Shown one piece after another: positions 1 through 12,000 of a stretch of DNA of 64,000 nucleotides (its first letter is position 1; each line of letters starts with the position of its first letter). The position numbers and the translations under genes are program-made. Below the pieces are notes generated by a model that had not been told where the DNA came from, did not search any database, and worked only from the letters and a program-made list of their open reading frames with translations. The DNA lies in the IMG/VR virus record IMGVR_UViG_3300042291_001568, positions 52,823 to 116,822 of that record, one strand, 5' to 3'. The stretch comes from a virus.

Positions 1-14
1 GCTCAATACGCTCT

Positions 15-3000
15 TTGGTTATTAAAGCTCATGGATATGAAGAAAATTCAATGGAGCGAGCACATGCTTTTGCACGACTCGCTGCAATGGGACCAGGATT
101 CGTGCCAATCACTGCATCGATTGATCTCAATACTGCTACATCCGCGTACACCGAGTTCGTATTTGGCCTTGGCCTTGGCGGCAACTCAGATATGGCTAGA
201 AGGCTTAGGGCGAAAATGCAACGCCGTGACCGCCTTGGACGTTTTGCATTTATGGGCGGTGGATTCTCGTTTAGCTTCCGCAGCAAAGATGGCAGGTTTA
301 GCAAAGTATCTGGCCGTGTAGTTGGCGCATCTGGCGATCAAGATAGCATCGACATTGAAGTAAAGAATCATCCAAGACTCGCTGACGGTATTTATGCTAT
401 GCCGTCATCTAGAGGTACCGCAGTTAGAGCCATTCTTGATGATGAAATCATTAAAGATCTGCCACAGGCTGACATTGATATAGCAGCAGATGATGTATTT
501 GTCGACGAAGCAAGTCTTACGCGAATGATGGCTCCGACTGGCTGGACCACAGAAGAATCGTCAACTCAAGGTGGCAAAGCAGTCAGCTGGGTTCACAAGA
601 GTGAAGACGGTTACGAGGTCTATGACTCACCAGGCGATCCTTTCGGTCGCTTTCAATTGCGCAGAGAAAAAGGCAATGGCGCAAGACAACCTTTTCCAAA
701 AGTTAAGTCATGGGCAGACGTTCAAAAGCAAGCAATTTCAGACCAAGATCTTTACAAAGACTATCTTGAAAAAGAGCAAATCAATCAAGATAAAAACAAA
801 GCGTTTGATGAAGCAGCAAAGTCTGGTGAAGGCCCTCCTAGTAAGGCGCTTCCCGGCCGAGCTTGGGTCAAGCATGAAAACGGACAATGGTATGAGCGCG
901 AGCTTGGTAGAAACTATGACGTTGCAGACGAAGAACTTCAGAAAATAGCTAAAGAAGCTACTGGACCATACCTCCCACCGAAAGACAACGACTTCGGTAA
1001 AAAATACAAAACCTCAACAGGTAAGTGGAAAGAATGGGACGAAGGCAGTGATGAGTCTTGGCAGTACAAGCAGGATTATCAAAAGCGTCTGAACGGTGAA
1101 TACTCAAAACTTAAGCGTCTGCAAGAAGCGCAAAAGGCTGGACTGTTTGATCCAAAGTCAGACATCGCTACTGTGCGCGACATCAATGGCGACAGCTCAG
1201 TAGGCGAGCAACTCCGTAGCGCTATCACCGATACTGCGGCAGTGCGGTTTAACTATGATGGAAAATACGATGTTCAGTTCACTCCGAAAAGCTCGTATGT
1301 AAACAAAAAAACTGGCAAAACAAACTTTGTTGGTTTAGACACTAAAGGCGTACAACGCACGTATGCTGCTGACAAAATTGCTCCACCAAAGTCGGCTGCA
1401 AAAACAGAAGTAAAAGCAACAATTCCAGATGCACCAGAAGCTCCACCTGTAGACACAACACCAGATGTTGTTGATCTCAAAGCTGCAATTGAAGGAATGA
1501 AACTTGGCGAAACTAAAGAATACGTTGCAGGTCTCGCAGCTAAAAAACAAAAAGTACGATTCAACTACAGCGGCTCAGAGCGGGTCGTTGAGCCGATTGA
1601 AGTATGGGTCAATGGCCAGACAGGCCGAATCAACCTACGCGCCATTGACAAAGACGTAAAGAAGAACTTTAGCTTTGACAAGATTGAAGCACCTAAGCCT
1701 TCAGAGCGCGACATCGCACGTGACCAGCGCAACGCGGACCGCGTAGACGAAAACATCAACAACCCAGACAACTGGGAACTAAAGCCAGTGGGGTACCCCG
1801 CCACGCGAAGTGAGTGGAACTACATTGGCCCACGGCCACGGTCCGAGGACAGCGTTGGTCCTTACATTTCGCCACCACAGTCTGTTCTTGACAAGTATGC
1901 TAAAGACTTGTTTGGCCCTAAAGACGGCGGCCCTAACGTAGACGAAACTGACACAAGCACAGACTTCCCGATGAGTCCAGAAGAGCGTGCAGCAGCTAAG
2001 GCCCGACCTAGCGAGCGCGTGACAAATCTTGACGGACTAAAAGGCGATGAGCTTACAGCAGCCATTGATAAAGCAATAGCAGACAAAAAGCCACTTAAGT
2101 TTACATACCACGAAAAAGAGCGCCTGGTTCGCCCACTCGAAGTATGGACAAATCCAAAAACTGGAAAAGTCAACTTGCGTGCTGTTGAGGCCGATGCCGA
2201 TACTGATAAGAACTTTACACTTGAAAAAATTGGCAAACCAGTTGATGAGAAAATCAAACAAATTGATGCCGATGACATTATCAACATGCCACAAGAGCAG
2301 CTCGATGACGTTGTCGATGCGCTGTGGCCAGCAGCGGCTCCTTCACAGCAGGTAGCGCCAGAAGCAACAGGCCGTCGTATTGTTGATGCATCAAGCAGCA
2401 CTGCAGTTGAGCGCGTTGAATACGACCCAGCTACAAAAGAATTGTTCATTCAATTCAAGTCATCAAAAGATGGAAAGGGTGGTGGCGTTTACAAGTACAG
2501 CGACGTTGCTCCCGAGTTTGTAGACAGACTTGAAAGCGGATCAATTGGAAAAATGATTCCAGAACTCAAGAAGAATAACTCTTCTGAGAAACTAGATGAA
2601 TTCCCAGCAGGCGGAAGCGGAGGCCCAGGCGAGCCACCAGCAGGCGGCCCAGTCGTACCGGGGAACACCGGTGACGATGCTGTTGATAAACTGCGCCAAG
2701 CACAGGCGCTCATCGCCGAAATGGAAGACTCGGGCGCGTTTGATGCTGCAAAAGTAGATGACGCAATAAAGCTTGTCAATAGCGCATCAAGTGATTTTGA
2801 TTCTTTCGTAAAGTCAAAGGATGCTGTCAACCAAGGCAACGCTGAAGGTCAAATTAAGAATCTTTTAGAAGAACTCGACGATCTTAAGTCTAGAGAAGAT
2901 GTTGATCTTGCTCCTAATTTTGATGACTATATTCTTGACGTTGAACTCGACGTCATAAGATTCGGCGAGTCAGACGATGACGGCCCAGGCGAGCCACCAA

Positions 3001-6000
3001 CAGGAGGACCATCAGCAGGCACCCCAGGTGACGATGCTGTTGATAAACTGCGCCAAGCACAGGCGCTCATCGCCGACTTGGAAGACTCAGGCAAGTACGA
3101 TGCTAAAAAAGCAAATGCTGCAATAAAACTTGTCGAAGAAGCATCGAAAGATTTTGACTCGTTCTTGATGTCAAAGGATGCTGTCAACCAAGGTGATGCT
3201 GAAGGTCAAATTAAGAATCTTTTAGAAGAACTTAAGGACCTTAGGAACAGAAAAGATGTTGATCTTGCTCCTAACTTCGATGACTACCTTCTCGATGTTG
3301 AGGCTGACATCATACGATTTAGCGAACTAGACGATGACGGCACGGGAGGCCCAGGTGCCCCAAGCGAGCCACCAGCAGGCGGCCCAGTCAATCCTGACAA
3401 GTACGAAACAGAGTACGGCTTTGACTATCCTAAAAAAGTTACCGACGAAAACGGCAACCAAGTCAGCCGCGTGATTGTCGATGTTGTCACAGAAGACATG
3501 TCGCTAGAAGAGATTGAAAGAGACTTCAAGAAAAAGTTCCCTGGTGGCGCGATGAAAGTTATTCGTCAACGCGGAACTAACGGTTGGCCCGAAGTGCAAT
3601 ACGACGTTCGTCCAGGAGACGAAGACAAACTCGGTAAGTGGTACAGCGGCGACCTTGAGCCTTATGACTATGCCGGTGATGCCGACGCACTTGACGATGC
3701 CGATACTCGTAACTTGCCAACAGCTCAAGACTACATGGATGATCCAGCAGTTGCTGAAGATGCTGATGCCGGGTCGTTCTTTGATGAACCAATGTTTGAT
3801 TCGCTATTTGATACGCCAGATGGCGCGTACAAACTTAATGTTTTCGAAGCGTATCGCCCAGTCGGAAGAACAACAGAAGACAGTGAAGATTTTACTGATG
3901 ATCCAGACGTTCTTGCCACTAAGTTTGATGTAACAGAGCTTGGAAGAGCGCTGGCACAGGCAGTTCTTCCACTTACAAATGACCAAGCCACAGGTTACGG
4001 AAACCTTCCATTTGAAAGCGGCGACGAGCCAGTAAAAGCTGAGGCGTTGTACGAGGCGCTTGGTGCAGCGAGAATGACGCCAAACCTTGTTCTTGCTGGT
4101 CTATACGACTCGATGCTCGACCCAGAGCGTGGGCTAACTAATGTTGAGCGAATTACTGATGTTTCCCGCAATGACAGCTCGCTTGACAATGGCATTGATG
4201 ATCCATTCACTGCTGAAATTCTTCCCGTGGCTGACCGCAGCGCAGAAATTGATGCTGCCATCGCGCTAAACGAAAAGATTGGCTCGTATAGATACGCAAG
4301 CAACGGCGTTCAAAAAATGCGTGATCATTCTGAGAATAATCCTAAAATGCTGGATATTGCAAAGGACCTGACACAGCGAGAGGATGATGATGTTCAATTT
4401 GACACCATCAACCTTATTGACTTGTTAGATAAATATCTCCCGTGGGCTTCGAGTAGCGATGCCGATGAGCGCGACGCGTTTAGAGGCCTTTGGGGAATGA
4501 TGATGTCGCTTGATGGAGGAAGTTCCATTGAAAGCGACTCACGATTTGAAGGATTTAGGCGAGAAATTCTTAGTTCGTTTGAACGAAGGAGTGGAAACCC
4601 AACTCTTGCGCAAGACGACTATGACGAGTTCGTTCTACAGTATGGTGGTTTTCCAGAGTTCGTAGCTGGCAAGAAAGCTATCGCCGATGGACAAGACGAT
4701 CTGTCCGCTGAAACAAGCGCTGCAGCATTTTTTAGACTTGTCAAAGCAAGTTCCCGCCCGAATACTGCTCCATTGTGGAGGTCAATCGGCGTAGCGGAAG
4801 GCTCGAGCGAGTTTCAGAAGTACACAGTACCTGGATCACGATTTGACATGGACCCGCGTTCATTTACCGCGCAGTCGTTAGAAACTGGGACATTTGGCGA
4901 CATAGCGTATTCGCCTACTGACAAAAAAATTGAACGAGTAATCTTTAAACTAGATCCGGGCGACGGAGATACTATTTCAGCTGAGTCCGTTTCTTGGTTC
5001 CCAGACGAGCGCGAAAATATTGCATTTGGTTCATTTGAAGTTATTGAAGTAACGCGGCAACCGTCGCAGCTTGGCAAGACGCGTAATGACGATTACGTTG
5101 TCCGTATTCGTAAAGTTGATAGTGGCAATCAAACAGATGAGCAAAGCGCGCTGCCAGCGCCAGGGCAATTCTCCGAAGCAACGCAGCACGGAGACATTTC
5201 TGGTTGGACGCAGGTTGGCAATCAAGCAGGGTCTAACCCTGGAGGATTCTATGACGACCCAGCCGGGAACAGCTACTACATTAAACAAGCAAGGTCACAG
5301 TCTCATGCGGACAATGAAGCTCTTGCATCGGCCTTCTACAAAGAGCTTGGAGTGCCAGCCGCTGAAGTTGGTTTTGGCGAAAAAGACGGAGTGTTGCATT
5401 TAGTCACTCCGTTGATTGATGGTGCTACACCAAACTTTGAAGAAAAAGTGTATGGCGGAGACAATGAATACGTCAAGAAAGTCCAAGACAACTTCGCAGT
5501 TGACGCGTGGCTTGCTAACTACGACATTGTTGGAATGGTCTATGACAACGTTGTTTCAGATGCAAACGGCGAGCCAGTAAGAGTTGATCCAGGCGGCGCG
5601 CTGATGTGGCGAGCTCAAGGCAAGCCAAAGCCATGGTTTGGTGACACTGTTGACGAGCTCGACAGCATGCGCGATCCAGATGTTAACGAGCAAGCAGCTA
5701 ACGTATTTGGCACAATGAGCGATGATCAAATCAAAGCAAGCGCGCAAAAAGTTGCTAACCTTACGCCAGAAAGAATTGAAGAAATTATTGACTCGGTTGT
5801 CACAAGCCCAGACGATGCTGCACTTCTCAAGGAGCGGTTGCTAAACCGTCGTCAATACATTATGGATCGTTTTGGCTTTGAAGAGCCTACAGACGTTCTC
5901 GGTGAGCCACAATCAATTGCTTCAGAAATGGGCATTGCTTCTAAGGATCTTCAAGCAGGCGATGTCACAGTCGGCGATTCATTCGTTATTGAGCGCATAT

Positions 6001-9000
6001 TCACTGATGCAGATACTAAGAAAGGCAAGGTAAGCGTTCAAGGATACTTCCCTGGCCACGAGTCACAAGTTAAGCAGTGGAACGAAAACACAGTCATTAT
6101 GGCAACACGAGGCGGACAGCTTCCTGCTAAAGGCGACGCACCAGCGTTACACAGACCAGTCGCGCCTGCCAAGCCGCAGCCTGCCGCTTTCACTGGCTCA
6201 ATCGCAGATGAACTCTCTGGAGCTCAAAGCTGGGACGAAGTTCGCAGCATCCTACGTGGAAAAACAATCGTATTCTTTGACTACGAAACAACTGGATTCC
6301 CAGACAAGAAGACAGGCGACAAGAGCAGCAACCAACCAGCGCAACTTGGCGCAGTAAAAGTTGTTGATGGTCAGATAGTTGACCGTTTCAACTTGTTCAT
6401 GAATCCAGAAGAGCCTCTTGGCGGTTGGTCGCGCGATAACCTTAAGGGCGCAGACGGCACTCCACTAACCGATGAGCAACTTGCCACGGCACTGGACAAA
6501 GGCGAAGCGCATAGGCAGTTCATTGAATGGGCTGGCCAAGATGTGATTTTAGCAGCACACAACGCTCCATTTGACCTTGGCGTTATGAATGAAACGCTTG
6601 GCAAAAAAGGACTAGAGTACGCGCCAACCGGTGGAGTTATTGACACTCTCAAGCTTGCGCAAACAGTGATTGCATCAAAGAAAGCTGCAGCTCATCACGT
6701 AAACAAAGATCAAATTAAGACTGGAGACCCGAGTGGGCCAGATACCCACCGACTAGGCGACCTTGCATCTCACTTTGGCGTTGAACTTGGAGACGGGTGG
6801 CACACTGCAGATGCCGACTCTGAAGCAACGTCAAACGTCTTAAACTCTCTTATTGACTACGCAGCCGGAGCAGACGGTGGAGACACGTCGCTCCGCAGCG
6901 TTCTTGATGCGGGTGACAGCTACCAAAGCAACATGGCCGAGTTTGAGGCAAGAAGTGCACAGTTCAAAGATGAGCTAGCTAACTATGAAATACAAAAAGC
7001 AATTGCCGCAGCATGGAATTGTCGTGGTGGAACAGTTGCAAGTATCGCAGCTCTTATCGCAGCAATTGACGACCCAGACTGCAACGTCCCGTCAATTGAT
7101 GACCTTATCAAGGCAGCAACTCCTGGTGGTACAGACTTTGTAGATCCAGAAGGTCTTCATACAGGAGATTCTTCTACGGGAGACGCTTACACGCTAGAAG
7201 CAGAAGAAATCCCAGAGATGGACGGCGTTGAGCCTCCGTTTATTCCAGGAATTGAAGATCCAGACGATGAATTCCGTCCAAGCGATCAGCAGCAGGCAGT
7301 AGTTGAAGCTTTGTTTACTGGCGGCGACATTGTTATTCGCGCAGCCGCTGGCGCGGGCAAGACGAGCACACTAAAGATCCTCGCACGACGACTACAAAAG
7401 CACAAGCCAAAAGAGCGCGTGGCGTACATTGCCTTTAACGCTACAGTTGCCGCTGAAGCTCGTGAATCGATGCCATCAAATGTTGAAGTACGCACCGCTG
7501 ACTCTATTTCAGTCAACTGGACAAAACTGAACTTTCCAAAGTTGCATAAGAAAAAGGGCGCAAAAGATACGCTTTACAGCCCTAGTGACATAGCTACTCA
7601 TCTTAAAGTTCCAGCGATGACTGGAATGGACAATAAAGGCAAGCCAGCAAAACTGCCAGTGTCAGAGTCTGTCAAAGAATTGCGTAAGGCAATTTACCAA
7701 TTTACCATCAGTGCTGATAAAGAAATAGGACCACAGCATTTTGACTCCGATGCAGTAGAAGCTTCAGACATACCAAAGCTTGTTGAGGCCGCAGAAAGAT
7801 GGTGGGCAGACATCTTAAGCGAAAACGGAAAAATGCTGTTTAGCTTTCCGCACATGAAAAAGATGTGGGCGCTTTCAAACCCAGATCTATCAGATGACAG
7901 TGGCGGGCTTAAGACTCCAGCAAGCGTTATTTTTATGGATGAAGCGCAAGACATTAACCCGGTCTTAGGCCGTGTTATTGCAGCACAGACAGCCCAAAAA
8001 GTCTACGTTGGCGACGAAAACCAAGCTATCTACCAGTTCATGGGCGCAGAAGATGAGCTACAAAAAGTAACAGTTCAGCACGATCTTCCTCTTACTAAGT
8101 CATATCGTTTTGGCGAAGTAATCGCGAGAAACGCAAACAGGTATCTACGGTTTAAAGAACGGTTCCTCGGCGAAAAGAAGACTTTTGCTGTTGAGGGAGC
8201 AGGCAAGTTCCCTGGAGAAATAGTTGCGGCTGGGTCTATGAAAAACGCTCAAGCTGTGCTTGTTCGTTCAAACGCTGGCGCATTTAGAGAAGTGCGCACT
8301 GAACTTTTAAACGACAGAATAGTTGGAGTCACAAAAGGCTTCAAAGCAGACTTAGATAACTTCATCATAGCTGTTGACTGGCTTCAAGCACCAGAGGCCA
8401 CGCGGGGAAGTCGCCCAATGCGGGTTCCAGAGGAACTCCGCGGATACAAGAATTGGGCAGAAATTGTCGACGAAGCCGCTAAGGAAGGCGACAGCGACTT
8501 TAGCCGCAAGACACGAATCTTAGTTGACGACGTTGAACAACTTGGACTCGAAGAACTTAAGTCATTGGCCAGCCGCGTCAAAGTACTTAAAGGCAAAGTC
8601 AATACAAAAGTTGTCGATGACGGCTCTCTTCCTGATCTTCCAGACGACCTGTCACCAGGCGTTGAAGGAGATGTTGGCCGTGACATTACTTTCTCAGTTG
8701 AAGAAGATGCAATTGTTCTTAGAGGAAGCACATACGGTGTAAAAGATCAAATAAAAACAGCCAATGGTGGTCCAGCAAAATATGACGGTGACCGCAAAGC
8801 TTGGATTATTCCAGCCAAAACAGACAAAGCTCGCCAAGCAGGACTTGAAAAACTTCAAAAAGTTCTTGCACCAGAAACAGTCGCAGAGGCGTCATACGTA
8901 GACGTAGTTGTTTCATCAGTTCACCAAGCCAAAGGCGCCGAGTGGGACGAAGTTCGCATGGGCAACGACTTCTTTGGGCCACGAAAGCCGAAGAAGTCTG

Positions 9001-12000
9001 ACGGCGGCGAAGATGCCGATTGGATTATGCCAACCCCAGTTGAGCTCAACCTCGCGTACGTTGGCGTTACTCGAGCCAAGAAAACTCTTGACCCTGGCTC
9101 ACTCAATTGGATTGATAGTTGGGTAAAATCAGATGACCCAGAAATTATGGGACTTGTTGACGGCGTGGTTGTTGCACCAGAAGCACCAGAAGCACCAGAA
9201 GCACCTACAGCAGCAAGTGAAGATGATTCAAGTGCGCCAACAACTTCTCCTGATGTTGACGATGAAGTAGCTGAAACTGCTGAAACAATAGAAAGTGTTG
9301 GAGAAGCTGTTGAAGGAACTAACGATCCATTTGGGCCTGGCGGTGAAGCGCCGTCAGCAGAGCAGCAGGCAAAAGATTTAGAAGATTCATTTAACGAGTT
9401 AAGCGACTATGCGGATTCACTTACTGATCCAGAAGGCGAAAACAACCTTAAGACAGGCGCAAAGAATAAAGTAAAGAAAGCGCAAAAAGATCTAAAGCAA
9501 CTTCAAAAAGATCTTGAGGATGGAAGCATTACGCAAGCAGAGGCTACAACCAAGCTTCAGCAAATGATTGCTGAGTTCCCAGATAGCGACTCAAATACTG
9601 AAGAAGCTCTTGACATGTGGACTTACCGGCAGACAATGATAGATCTCGAATCTGTGCTTACGGGAGAGCGCTATATGCGCCCGACTGGGAAAGGACTTCC
9701 ACCTAGAGATGCAGTTGACAGCAAAGGCCGACCAGTTGGCTTTTCAAAGAATGGAAAGTTTATTCGCCTCGGAACTCGAGTCCGCGACAAGTGGGGATTC
9801 TCTGGAACAGTTGATTCGTACAACGAAAACGACTGGATTAACGTCAATGTTAGATATGACATTGATCCACGAGATCCTGCCAAGGTAAAGAAAGGCAAGT
9901 GGGGTCCAGGAGTTGCGCGAGTCTCTAAGAATAGCCGCACTCTTACCGTCATCGAGCCCGGCGACCGTGAACCATGGATTGACAACGGAAGCGTTCCTGA
10001 AAACAAAAAGCCAAAGCAAATAGAAGAGCAAACTAGAATTCATCTAGACATGCTCGAAAAACGTGGTGAAACCGCGTGGGACGGCTCCGAAAAAGATAGA
10101 CAAGAGCCAGGCGGCGACCTCCCAAAAGCTGAGGCCCCGCAAGGGGCTACCGAGGCTCCTGAAGAAAGCAAAGCATCAAAAGCAGAATTCATAAAAAATT
10201 CTGACTTTGTTGACGTACTCGCAGAGTACTACACCACGGCTAAACAAGCGTTCAATAAAGGCACACTTACTAAAAAAGATTGGGACAGAGTACAGTCTTA
10301 TTTTGGCTCGGATTCAATAGCCGTTAACAACTTTTTACGTAGTGGGAAGCGGCTGTGGCTTACCAATGACAAAGATACTATTGAAAACGTAATCAAATCT
10401 ATTGACGATATTTTCGATGTTGCTGGTGTTGAATTGCCAGGAAATGTAATCGTATTCCGAGGCATTTACGATGCAGATAAGCTCTTCCCAGATGGCGTAA
10501 AACCTGGCGACGTGTTTGACGATCTTGGGTACTCTTCTACAAGCATTAAATCTGATGTTGCACGGACCTTTACCAACACTGATGAAACAGCAACAGTCTT
10601 AGCAATAACTGTTCCGAGCGGAACAAAAATGCTAGCAAACAATACAGCTATTCAGGCTGGTCAACAGAAGAAGGAAAAAGAGATTTTGCTGCCAAGAGGA
10701 TTGACATTTAAGGTCACTTCTGTTACCGAGCGCACTAAGCCGAATAAAGCATATTCATTTTTGCCTGAAACGTACAGAGAAATAGCAGTTGAAATTGTCA
10801 GCACTCCTAACGCAAAAGCACCTAAAGCAGAAGAAATACCAGCACCTCCACCATGGAATCCTGACGTAGACGCACCGGAAGAAACAGCACCCACAGTTGC
10901 CAATGCAAAACCAAGCGTCGAGCTTGCAGCTGCTGCTGACGATGCGCGCGTATCATTAGATGCGTACTTTGATGAGAGCTTTGACAAGGACGATGTTGAG
11001 CAGGCAACTAATAGTTTTTCCTTAAAAAAGACTAGCCACGGACAAGCAGCAGACGCAGTCGTTTACCGCAAAGGCGCTGACGGTTTTGAAGTACTAATGA
11101 TTTCAAGAGAGTACGGTCCGTTCCGTGGAGCAATGGCTTTGCCTGGTGGATTTAGAGACGGCGAAGAGTCATTCGCTGACACAGCGGATAGGGAAATGGC
11201 CGAAGAAGTCGGCATAGTAGCCGCAGACGCGATCAAGCGCACTGACCTCGGCACAGTTCTTGACTCACCAGATTGGGACCCACGTTTTGTAAAAGGAATG
11301 AGCGTAGGAGCTGTGGCGTATGAAGTCGATGGCGACAAGGTAGAAGTGACAGCAGGCGACGACGCTACTGGTGCTGTCTGGATCCCGGTACTGGATCTTG
11401 CCAATGGAAAATACCCTATCGCATTCGGGCACGCTACGTGGCTTGCAGAAGCTTTTAGAGACAATCGAAAGTACAATCGTAAGTTTGAAATAATAAAGCA
11501 AGCATCTAAAGAACGCAATACGCGATTGATTGAAAAAATCAATGCTGTCCGTTCTGATCTTAACGAACCGGTGTTCGAGCAATACGGACCAAAAGCACCA
11601 GATTGGGTACCAGAAGGGCCAGGAAGATGGCGTGGCGCAGCCTTGACAGTAGACAGCGATGGTGTCACTATCGCCAATGGTACAGTGTTTGATGACGTTG
11701 AAAAACTCAAAAATGGATCATTGAAACCACCAGTGCTTCCATTCTTTGCCCCAATGGGGAGCGAAGATGCGAAGGACGGCGACGGATACTACTTTGCTAA
11801 ATCTGGCAAGCGCTATTGGGGTCGCTGGGGTGCTGAAGGAGTCTTATTGCGCAAGCAAGGTGCTGGCGGCGAGGTGCAGTACCTACTTGGAAAGCGCGCA
11901 GATTGGATTTCATCTGGAGGTGGTAAGTGGGCTTATCCAGGCGGTGCGCACGGGACACAGTTCAACGCCGAGCGCGGTGGGACTACGGGAAGAGCTGAAA

